Shown: positions 1 to 11,800 of the stretch, in pieces
Numbering within the stretch: the stretch's first letter is position 1
Layout: each line of letters starts with the position of its first letter
Assembly: GCF_009834535.1 (NCBI RefSeq)
Contig: NC_045697.1
Location: 121,026,001-121,090,000 of the forward strand
Length of the DNA: 64,000 nt
Direction of reading: 5' to 3'
Source: Camelus ferus
Taxonomy: Eukaryota
Program-made: the position numbers and the translations under genes
The notes under the pieces: generated by a model
What the model was told of the DNA's origin: nothing
What the model saw: only the letters and a program-made list of their open reading frames with translations
The model's database searches: none

Positions 1-3000
1 GGTGATCCCAGGTGCTGCAGAGAGAGTACGGCACCTCCCCACACTCAGAAATCCTGAACGCGGCCGAGTGGTTGGTTGAGGTTTGGGGCCGACCTCCACG
101 CAGCTGCCTGGTGTCACAGGTGTTCCCTGGCAGGGGGAATTCCGCTAATTACCTCCCCTGTCCAGGGAGAGGCACTACATGCTACCTGCATTTCCAGCAC
201 AAGCCCCGCCATTTCCCGGCTCCCAGCACTAGGATACACTAGGGGAAGACACGCGGAGGGCTCCTAGAGATCCCAGTCGCTGCAGACAGAGTACGGAACT
301 TCCCCACACTCAGAATCCCGGAACGCGGCCGAGTGGGTGGTGTAGGTTTGCCATAACCCCACACGCAGCAGCCTGGTGTCACAGGTGTTCCCTGGAGGGG
401 GGAAATTCGCTAATTACCTACCCTGTCCAGGGGGAGGCACTACAAGCTACCTGCATTTCCAGCCCAACCCCCGCCTTTCCCCGGGTTCCCGCACTAGGGG
501 ACACTCGGTGAAGACACGCGGAGGGCACCTGGGAGATCCCAGGCGCAGCAGACTGAGTACGGAACCTCCCAACACTCAGAATTCCAGAACAAGGCCGAGT
601 GGGTGTGGGATTTTTGGGGCCGCCCTCCACGCAGCTGACTCTTGTCACAGGTGTTCCCTGGCAGGGGGAATTCCGCTAATTACCTTCCCTGTCCAGGGTG
701 AGGCACTATATGCTACCTGCTTTTCCAGGACAAAAACCGCATTTCCCCGGCAGTCCATACTAGGTGACACTCTGGGAAGTCACGAGGAGGGCTCCTAGGA
801 GATCCCACATGCTGCAGAAAGAAGACCGAACCTCCCCACACTCAGATGACCGGAACGCGGCGGAGTTTGTGCGGGAGGTTTGGGTCTTCCATCCACGAAG
901 CTAAATGGTGTCACAGGTGTTCCCTGGCATTGGGAAGTCCGCTAATTACCTCCAATGACCAGGGGGAGACACTAGATTCTACCTGCTTTTCCAGCCCAAC
1001 CCCCGCCTTTCACCAGTAGCCCGCAAAAGGAGACACTCGGGGAAGACACGCGGAGGGCTCCTAGGAGACCCCAGGCGCTGCAGAAAGAAGACCGAACCTC
1101 CCCAAACTCAGAATTCCGGAACAAGCCCGAGTGGGTTTGGGAGGTTTGGGGACGCCCTCCACGCAGCTGCCTGGTGTCACAGGTGTTCCCTGGAAGGGGG
1201 AAGTCCGCTAATTACCTCCCCTGTTCAGGGGGAGGCACTACATGCTACCTGCATTTCCAGCCCTACCCCCACCCTTCCCCGGCATCCAACAAGAGGAGAC
1301 ACTCGGGGAAGACATGCGGAGGGCTCCTAGGAGATCCCAGGAGCTGAAGAGAGAGTACAGAACTTCCTCACCCTCAGAATAACGGAACACGGACGAGTGT
1401 TTTCGGGAGGTTTGGGTCCGACCTCCACGCAGCTGCCTTGTGTCACAGGTGTTCCAAGCCAGGGGGAACTCCGCTTTTACCTCTCCTGTCCAGGGGGATT
1501 CCCTAGATGCTACCTGCAATTCCAGCACAACACCAGGCTTTCACTGCATCCCACACTAGGAGACACTCGGGGAATACACGTGGAGGGCTCCTAGGTGATC
1601 CCAGGTGCTGCAGAGAGAATACGGATCCTCCCCACACTCAGAATTCCGTAACGCGGCCAAGTGGGTGGGGGAGGTTTGGGGCAGCCCTCCAGGCAGCTTC
1701 CTGGTGTCACAGGTGTTCCCTGGCAGGGGGAAGACCTCTAATTACCACCCCTGTCCAGGGGGAGGCACTATATGCTACCTGCTTTTCCAGGACAAAACCC
1801 GCTTTTCCCCGGCAGTCCATACTAGGTGACACTCTGGGAAGTCACGAGGAGGGCTCCTAGGAGATCCCACATGCTGCAGAAAGAAGACCGAACCTCCCCA
1901 CACTCAGATGACCGGAACGCGGCGGAGTTTGTGCGGGAGGTTTGGGTCTTCCATACACGAAGCTAAATGGTGTCACAGGTGTTCCCTGGCATTGGGAAGT
2001 CCGCTAATTACCTGCACTGACCAGGGGGAGACACTAGATTCTACCTGCTTTTCCAGCCCAACCCCCGCCTTTCCCCAGTAACCCGCAAAAGGAGACACTC
2101 GGGGAAGACACGCGGAGGGCTCCTAGGAGACCCCAGGCGCTGCAGAAAGAAGACCGAACCTCCCCACACTCAGAATTCCGGAACAAGCCCGAGTGGGTGT
2201 GGGAGGTTTGGGGACGCCCTCCACGCAGCTGCTTGTTGTCACAGGTGTTCCCTGGCAGGGGGAATTCCGCTAATTACCTCCCCTGTCCAGGAGGAGTCAC
2301 TAGATGCTACCTGCATATCCAGCAAAACCCCCGCCTTTCAACGGCTCCCCGTAAAAGGAAACACTATGGGAAGGCACGTGGATGGCTCCTAGGAGATCCC
2401 AGGGGCTGGAGATTGAAGACCAAACCTCCCCAAACTCAGAATTCCGGAATGCGCCCGAGTGGGTGGGGGAGGTTTGGGACCGAAACCCACGAAGCTGCCG
2501 GGTGTTAAATGTGTTCTCTGGCAGGGTGAAGTCCGCTAATCACCTCCCCTGTCCAGGGGGAGGCGCTACATGCTACCTGCCTTTCCAGCCCAACACCAGC
2601 ATTTCCCCGGCACACTGCACTAGGATACACTCGGTGAAGATAGGCGGAGGGCTCCTAGGAGATCCCAGGTGCTGCAGACAGAGGACGGAACCTCTCCACA
2701 CTCAAAATTCCGGAACAAGGCCGAGTGGTTAGGGGAGGTTTGGGGCGGCCCTCCACGCTGCTGCCTGGTGTCACAGGTGTTCCCTGGAAGGGGGAAGTCC
2801 GCTAATTACCTCCCCTGTTCAGGGGGAGGCACTACATGCTACCTGCATTTCCAGCCCTACCCCCACCCTTCCCCGGCATCCAGCAAGAGGAGACACTCGG
2901 GGAAGACATGCGGAGTGCTCCTAGGAGATCCCAGGAGATGAAGAGAGAGTACAGAACTTCCCCACTCTCAGAATAACGGAACACGGACGAGAGTTTTCGG

Positions 3001-6000
3001 GAGGTTTGGGTCCGTCCTCCACGCAGCTGCCTTGTGTCACAGGTGTTCCAAGCCAGGGGGAACTCCGCTTTTACCTCTCCTGTCCAGGGGGATTCCCTAG
3101 ATGCTACCTGCAATTCCAGCACAACACCAGGCTTTCACTGCATCCCACACTAGGAGACACTCGGGGAATACACGTGGAGGGCTCCTAGGTGATCCCAGGT
3201 GCTGCAGAGAGAATACGGAACCTCCCCACACTCAGAATTCCGTAACGCGGCCGAGTGGGTGGGGGAGGTTTGGGGCAGCCCTCCAGGCAGCTTCCTGGTG
3301 TCACAGGTGTTCCCTGGCAGGGGGAAGACCGCTAATTACCACCCCTGTCCAGGGGGAGAAACTACATGCTACCTGATTTTCCAGCCCAACCCCCGCATTT
3401 CCCTGTCTGCCCGCACTAGGAGACACTCGGGGAAGGCACGCGGAGGGCTCCTATGAGATCTCAGACGCTGCAGACAGAGGACGGAACCTCCCCACACTCA
3501 GAATTCCGTAACACGGCCGAGTGGGTGGGGGAGGTTTTGGTCCGCCCTCCACGCAGCTGCCTCTTGTCACAGGTGTTCCCTGGCAGGTTGAAGTACGCTA
3601 AATACCTTCCCCGTCCAGGGGGAGGCACTACATGCTACCTGGATTTCCAGCCCAACCCCCGCCTTTCCCCGGCTCCCCGCACTAGGATACACTCGGGGAA
3701 GGCACGCGGAGGGCTCCTAGGTGATCCCAGGCGCTGCAGACAGAGTACGGACCTCCCCACACTCAGAAATCCGGAACGCGGCCGAGTAGGTGGGAGAGGT
3801 TTGGTTCCGCACTCCACGCAGCTGCCTGGTGTCAAATGTGTTCCCTTGCAGGGGAAATCTGCTAATTACCTCCACTATCCAGGGGGAGGCACTACCTGCT
3901 ACCTGCTTTTCCAGCCCAACGCCCGTTTTCCCGGCATTCCGCACTAGGAGACACTCTGGAAGACACGTGGATGGCTCCTAGGTGATACCAGGCGCTTCAG
4001 ACCGAAGACGGGACCTCCCCACACTCAGAATTCCGGAACGAGTCCGAATGTCTGTGGGAGATTTGGGGCCGCCCTTCACGCAGCTGCGTGGTGTCACATG
4101 TGTTCCTTGATGGGAAATTCGCTAATTACCTCCCCTGTCCAGAGGGAGGCACTACATGCTACCTGCATTTCCAGCCCAACCCACAATTTTCCCCGGCAGC
4201 CCGCACTAGGAGACACTCTGGGAAGACATGCGGAGGGCGCCTAAGTGATCCCAGTCGGTGCAGACAGAGGACGGACCTCACGACACTCAGAAATCCGGAA
4301 CGCGGCCGAATGGGTCAGGGAGGTTTGGGGCCGCCCTCCACGAACCTGCCTAGTGTCACAGGTGTTCCCTGGCGGGGGAAAGTCCGCTAATTACCTCCCC
4401 TGTCCAGGGGGAGGCACTAGATGCTATCTGCATTTCCAGCCCGACCCCCGCATTTCCCCAGCATCCCGCATTAGGAGACACTCCGGGAAGACACGCGGAG
4501 GGCTCCTAGGTGATCCCAGGTGCTGCAGAGAGAGTACGGCACCTCCCCACACTCAGAAATCCTGAACGCGGCCGAGTGGTTGGTTGAGGTTTGGGGCCGA
4601 CCACCACGCAGCTGCCTGGTGTCACAGGTGTTCCCTGGCAGGGGGAATTCCGCTAATTACCTCCCCTGTCCAGGGAGAGGCACTACATGCTACCTGCATT
4701 TCCAGCACAAGCCCCGCCATTTCCCGGCTCCCAGCACTAGGATACACTAGGGGAAGACACGCGGAGGGCTCCTAGAGATCCCAGTCACTGCAGACAGAGT
4801 ACGGAACTTCCCCACACTCAGAATCCCGGAACGCGGCCGAGTGGGTGGTGTAGGTTTGCCATAACCCCACACGCAGCAGCCTGGTGTCACAGGTGTTCCC
4901 TGGAGGGGGGAAATTCGCTAATTACCTACCCTGTCCAGGGGGAGGCACTACAAGCTACCTGCATTTCCAGCCCAACCCCCGCCTTTCCCCGGGTTCCCGC
5001 ACTAGGGGACACTCGGTGAAGACACGCGGAGGGCACCTGGGAGATCCCAGGCGCAGCAGACTGAGTACGGAACCTCCCAACACTCAGAATTCCAGAACAA
5101 GGCCGAGTGGGTGTGGGATTTTTGGGGCCGCCCTCCACGCAGCTAACTCTTGTCACAGGTGTTCCCTGGCAGGGGGAATTCCGCTAATTACCTTCCCTGT
5201 CCAGGGTGAGGCACTATATGCTACCTGCTTTTCCAGGACAAAAACCGCATTTCCCCGGCAGTCCATACTAGGTGACACTCTGGGAAGTCACGAGGAGGGC
5301 TCCTAGGAGATCCCACATGCTGCAGAAAGAAGACCGAACCTCCCCACACTCAGATGACCGGAACGCGGCGGAGTTTGTGCGGGAGGTTTGGGTCTTCCAT
5401 CCACGAAGCTAAATGGTGTCACAGGTGTTCCCTGGCATTGGGAAGTCCGCTAATTACCTCCAATGACCAGGGGGAGACACTAGATTCTACCTGCTTTTCC
5501 AGCCCAACCCCCGCCTTTCACCAGTAGCCCGCAAAAGGAGACACTCGGGGAAGACACGCGGAGGGCTCCTAGGAGACCCCAGGCGCTGCAGAAAGAAGAC
5601 CGAACCTCCCCACACTCAGAATTCCGGAACAAGCCCGAGTGGGTTTGGGAGGTTTGGGGACGCCCTCCACGCAGCTGCCTGGTGTCACAGGTGTTCCCTG
5701 GAAGGGGGAAGTCCGCTAATTACCTCCCCTGTTCAGGGGGAGGCACTACATGCTACCTGCATTTCCAGCCCTACCCCCACCCTTCCCCGGCATCCAACAA
5801 GAGGAGACACTCGGGGAAGACATGCGGAGTGCTCCTAGGAGATCCCAGGAGCTGACGAGAGAGTACAGAACTTCCTCACCCTCAGAATAACGGAACACGG
5901 ACGAGTGTTTTCGGGAGGTTTGGGTCCGACCTCCACGCAGCTGCCTTGTGTCACAGGTGTTCCAAGCCAGGGGGAACTCCGCTTTTACCTCTCCTGTCCA

Positions 6001-8870
6001 GGGGGATTCCCTAGATGCTACCTGCAATTCCAGCACAACACCAGGCTTTCACTGCATCCCACACTAGGAGACACTCGGGGAATACACGTGGAGGGCTCCT
6101 AGGTGATCCCAGGTGCTGCAGAGAGAATACGGATCCTCCCCACACTCAGAATTCCGTAACGCGGCCGAGTGGGTGGGGGAGGATTGGGGCAGCCCTCCAG
6201 GCAGCTTCCTGGTGTCACAGGTGTTCCCTGGCAGGGGGAAGACCTCTAATTACCACCCCTGTCCAGGGGGAGGCACTATATGCTACCTGCTTTTCCAGGA
6301 CAAAACCCGCTTTTCCCCGGCAGTCCATACTAGGTGACACTCTGGGAAGTCACGAGGAGGGCTCCTAGGAGATCCCACATGCTGCAGAAAGAAGACCGAA
6401 CCTCCCCACACTCAGATGACCGGAACGCGGCGGAGTTTGTGCGGGAGGTTTGGTTCTTCCATCCACGAAGCTAAATGGTGTCACAGGTGTTCCCTGGCAT
6501 TGGGAAGTCCGCTAATTACCTCCACTGACCAGGGGGAGACACTAGATTCTACCTGCTTTTCCAGCCCAACCCCCGCCTTTCCCCAGTAACCCGCAAAAGG
6601 AGACACTCGGGGAAGACACGCGGAGGGCTCCTAGGAGACCCCAGGCGCTGCAGAAAGAAGACCGAACCTCCCCACACTCAGAATTCCGGAACGCGGCCGA
6701 CAAGGTGGGAAAGGTTTGGGCCCGCACTCCACGCAGCTGCCTGGTGTCTCAGGTGTTCCCTGGCAGGGGGAATTCCGCTAATTACCTTTCCTGTCCAGGG
6801 GGAGTCACTAGATGCTACCTGCATTTGCAGCCCAACCCCCGCCATTCCCTGGCTCCCAGCACTAGGATACACTCGGGGAAGACACTCGGAGGGCTCCTAG
6901 TGACCCCAGGCGCTGCAGACAGAGTACGGAACCTCCCCACAATCAGAATTCCGGAATGAGGCCGAGTGGGTGGGGGACGTTTATTGCCTCCCACCACGCA
7001 GCTGCCTGGTGTCACAGTTTTTCCCTGGCAGGGGGAATTCCGCTAATTACCTCCCCTGTCCAGGGGGAGTCACTAGATGCTACCTGCATTTCCAGAACAA
7101 CCCCCACTTTTCCCCGGCTCCCCGAAATATGATACACTCGGGGAAGACACGCGGAAGGCTCCTAGGAGACCCCAGGCACTGCAGAAAGAAGACCGAACCT
7201 CCCCACACTCAGAATTCCGGAACAAGGCCGAGTGGGTGTGGGAGGTTTGGGGACGCCCTCCACGCAGCTGGTTGTTGTCACAGGTGTTCCCTGGCAGAGG
7301 GAATTCCGCTAATTACCTCCCCTGTCCAGGAGGAGTCACTAGATGCTACCTGCATATCCAGCAAAACCCCCGCCTTTCAACGGCTCCCCGAAATAAGAGA
7401 CACTATGGGAAGGCACTTGGATGGCTCCTAGGAGATCCCAGGGGCTGGAGATCGAAGACCAAACCTCCCCAAACTCAGAATTCCGGAATGCGGCCGAGTG
7501 GGTGGGGGAGGTTTGGGACCGAACCCCACGAAGCTGCCGGGTGTTACATGTGTTCTCTGGCAGGGTGAAGTCCGCTAATTACCTCCCCTGTCCAGGGGGA
7601 GGCGCTACATGCTACCTGCCTTTCCAGCCCAACACCAGCATTTCCCCGGCACACTGCACTAGGATACACTCGGTGAAGACAGGCGGAGGGCTCCTAGGAG
7701 ATCCCAGGTGCTGCAGACAGAGGACGGAACCTCTCCACACTCAAAATTCCGGAACAAGGCCGAGTGGTTAGGGGAGGTTTGGGGCGGCCCTCCACGCAGC
7801 TGCCTGGTGTCACAGGTGTTCCCTGGAAGGGGGAAGTCCGCTAATTACCTCCCCTGTTCAGGGGGAGGCACTACATGCTACCTGCATTTCCAGCCCTACC
7901 CCCACCGTTCCCCGGCATCCAGCAAGAGGAGACACTCAGGGAAGACATGCGGAGTGCTCCTAGGAGATCCCAGGAGCTGAAGAGAGAGTACAGAACTTCC
8001 CCACCCTCAGAATAACGGAGCACGGACGAGTGTTTTTGGGAGGTTTGGGTCCGTCCTCCACGCAGCTGCCTTGTGTCACAGGTGTTCCAAGCCAGGGGGA
8101 ACTCCGCTTTTACCTCTCCTGTCCAGGGGGATTCCCTAGATGCTTCCAGCAATTCCAGCACAACACCAGGCTTTCCCTGCATCCCACACTAGGAGACACT
8201 CGGGGAATACACGTGGAGGGCTCCTAGGTGATCCCAGCTGCTGCAGAGAGAATACGGAACCTCCCCACACTCAGAATTCCGTAACGCGGCCGAGTGGGTG
8301 GGGGAGGTTTGGGGCAGCCCTCCACGCAGCTGCCTGGTGTCACAGGTGTTCCCTGGCAGGGGGAAGACCGCTAATTACCACCCCTGTCCAGGGGGAGAAA
8401 CTACATGCTACCTGCATTTCCAGCCCAACCCCCGCATTTCCCTGTCTGCCCGCACAAGGAGACACTCGGGGAAGGCACGCGGAGGGCTCCTATGAGATCT
8501 CAGACGCTGCAGACAGAGGACGGAACCTCCCCACACTCAGAATTCCACAACAAGGACGAGTGGGTGTGGGATTTTTGGGGCTGCCCTCCACGCAGCTGCC
8601 CCTTTTCACAGGTGTTCCCTGGCAGGTTGAAGTACGCTAAATACCTTCCCCGTCCAGGGGGAGGCACAACATTCTACCTGGATTTCCAGCCCAACCCCCG
8701 CCTTTCCCCGGCTCCCCGCACTAGGATACACTCGGGGAAGGCACGCGGAGGGCTCCTAGGTGATCCCAGGCGCTGCAGACAGAGTACGGACCTCCCCACA
8801 CTCAGAAATCCGGAACGCGGCCGAGTAGGTGGGAGAGGTTTTGTTCCGCACTCCACGCAGCTGCCTGGTG
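1..8870 (+). repeat. HOR block, period 4508 bp (17 monomers); second copy is 2 monomers longer
   Basis: Near-identical ORFs at offset 4508 (12/4520, 376/4884, 1238/5746, 1605/6113). After ~6690 the offset becomes 5039 = 4508+531 (2382/7421, 2669/7708, 3101/8140, 3635/8674). Confidence 0.92.
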
Positions 8871-11800
8871 TCACAGGTGTTCCCTGGCAGGGGGAATTCC
8901 GCTAATTACCTCCCCTGTCCAGGGAGAGGCACTACAGGCTACCTGCATTTCCAGCCCAACCCCTGCCATTCCCTGGCTCCCAGCACTAGGATACACTCGG
9001 GGAAGACACGCGGAGGGCTCCTAGTGATCCCAGGCGCTGCAGACAGAGTACGGAACTTCCCCACACTCAGAATTCCGGAACGCGGCCGAGTGGTTGGGTT
9101 AGGTTTGGAATAACCCCACACGCAGAAGCCTAGTGTCACAGGTGTTCCCTGGAAGGGGGAAATTCGCTAATTACCTACCCTGTCCAGGGGGAGGCACTAC
9201 AAGCTACCTGCATTTCCAGCCCAACCCCCACCTTTCCCCAGCTTCCCACACTAGGGGACACTCGGGGAAGACACGCGGAGTTCTCCTGGGAGATCTCAGG
9301 AGCAGCAGACAGATTACGGAACCTCCCCACACTCAGAATTCCAGAACAAGGCCGAGTGGGTGTGGGATTTTTGGGGCCGCCCTCCACGCAGCTGCCTGTT
9401 GTCACAGGTGTTCCCTGGCAGGGGGAATTCCGCTATTTACCTTCCCTGTCCTGGGGGAGGCACTATATGCTACCTGCTTTTCCAGAACAAAACCCGCTTT
9501 TCCCCGGCAGCCCATACTAGGTGACACTCTCAGAAGTCACGCGGAGGGCTCCTAGGAGATCCCACGCGCTGCAGAGAGAAGACCGAACCTCCCCACACTC
9601 AGAAGTCCGGAATGCGTCGGAGTTTGTGCGGGAGGTTTGTGTCTTCCATCTACGAAGCTACCTGGTGTCACAGGTGTTCCCTGGCAAGGGAAAGTCCGCT
9701 AATTACCTCCACTGTCCAGGGGGAGACACTAGATTCTACCTGATTTTCCAGCCCAACACCCGCCTTTCCCCAGTATCCCGCAAAATGTGACACTCGGGAT
9801 GACACGCGGAGCGCTCCTAGGTGATCCCAGGCGCTGCAGACAGAGTACGGAACCTCCTCACACTCAGAATTCCGGAACGCGGCCGAGAAGGTGGGGGAGG
9901 ATTGGGGCCGACTTCCCCGCAGCTGCCTGGTGTCACAGGTGTTCCCTGGAAGGGGGATGTCCGCTAATTACCTCCCCTGACCACGGGGTGGAACTACATG
10001 AAACCTGTCTTTCCAGGCCAACCCCTATCTTTCCCTGGAATCCATCAATACAATACACTCGGGGAAGACACGGCGAGGGCTGCTAAGAGATCCAAAGTGC
10101 TGCAGAGAAGACTGAAATTCCCCAAACTCAGAAGTCAGGAACGCGGCGGAGATTGTAGGGGAGGTTTGGGGCCTCCATCCACGAAGCTACCTGGGGTCAC
10201 AGGTGTTCCCTGGCAGGGGGAAGTCCGCTAATTACCTCCACTGTCCATGGGGAGGCACTAGATTCTACCTGCGTTTCCAGCCCAACGACCGCCTTTCCCC
10301 GGTAGCCCGCACAAGGAGACACTCGGGGAAGACACGCGGAGTGTTCCCAGGACGTCCCAAGCGCTGCAGACAGAGGACGGAACCTCCCCAAACTCAGAAT
10401 TCCGGAACGCGGCCGACAAGGTGGGAAAGGTTTGGGCCCGCACTCCACGCAGCTGCCTGGTGTCACAGGTGTTCCCTGGCAGGGGGAAGTCCACTAATTA
10501 CCTCCCCTGTCCAGGGGGAGGCACTAGATGCTACCTGCATTTCCAGCCAAACCCCCGAATTTCCCCAGCACACTGCACTAGGATACACTCGTGGAAGACA
10601 CGCGGAGGGCTCCCAGGAGATCACAGGCTCTGCAGATAGAAGAAGGATCCTCCCCACACTCAGAATTCCAAAACGCGGCCGAGTTATTGGGGGAGGTTTG
10701 GGGCCGCCCTTCACGCATCTGCCTCGTGTCACAGGTGTTCCCTGCAAGGGGGAAATCCGCTAATTAACTTCCCTGTCCAGGGGGAGGCACTAAATGATAC
10801 CTGCTTTTCCAGCACAACCCCCGCATTTCCCCGGCACCCCGTACTAGGATACACACGGGGAAGGCACGCGGAGTTCTACTACGAGATCCCAGGCGCTGCA
10901 GACCGAGGACGGAACCTCCCAACCCTCAGGAATGCGGAATAAGGCCGAGTGTGTGGGGGAGTTTTGTGGCCGCACTCCACGCAGCTGCTTGGTGTCACAG
11001 GTGTTCCCTGGCAGGGGGAAGTTCACTAATTACCTCCCCTGCCCAGGGGGAGGCACTAGATGCTACCTACTTTTCCAGCAGAAAACCTGCCTTTCACCTG
11101 CTGCGCGCACTAGGAGACACTCGAGGAAGACACGCGGAGGGCTCCTAGGAGATCCCAGGCACTGCAGACGGTGGACGGAATCTCCCCACACTCAGAATTC
11201 CAGAACAATGCCGAGTGGGTGTGGGAGGTAAGGGGCCGCTCTCCACGAACCTGCCTCTTGTCACAGGTGCTCCCCGGCAGGGGGAAGTCCGCTAATTACC
11301 TTCCCTGTCCAGGGGGAGGCTCTAAATGTTACCTGCATTTCCAGCACAACCCCCGTATTTCCCCTACAGCCCGCACTACGAGACATTCGGAAAAGACACG
11401 CGGAGGGCTCCTAGGTGATCCCAGGCACTGCAGACACAGTACGGAACCTCCCCAAACTCAGAATTCCGGAACGCGGCCGAGTGGGTGTGGGCGGTTTGGG
11501 ACCACCCTCCACGCAGCTGCCTGATGTCACAGGGGTTCCCTGGAAGGGGTAATTCCGCTAAATACCTCCCCTGTCCAGGGTGAGGCACTATAAGCTACCT
11601 GCATTTCCAGCCCAACCCCCACCTTTCCCCGGCTCCCCGCACTAGGATACACTCGGGGAAGGCACGCGGAGGGCTCCTAGGAGATCCCAGTTGCTGCAGA
11701 CAGAGGATGGAACCTCTCCACACTCAAAATTCCGAAACAAGGCCGAGTGGTTGGGGGAGGTTTGGAGCGGCCCTCCACACAGCTGCCTGGTGTCACAGGT

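Noticed and set aside
134..143. NF-kB-type site GGGGAATTCC and E-boxes (CAGGTG, CAGCTG) in many monomers
   Set aside because: Short motifs are expected by chance in a GC-rich unit and are multiplied by amplification; the kB-like site varies freely among monomer types.
1..266. Hammerhead ribozyme, as in some transcribed satellites
   Set aside because: No conserved CUGANGA core on either strand of the consensus (nearest is CUGAGUG on the minus strand).
1..266. Tandem 5S rRNA, snRNA or tRNA gene cluster
   Set aside because: No recognisable 5S or snRNA sequence, no cloverleaf, no conserved B box, and variation is spread across the unit rather than confined to a spacer.
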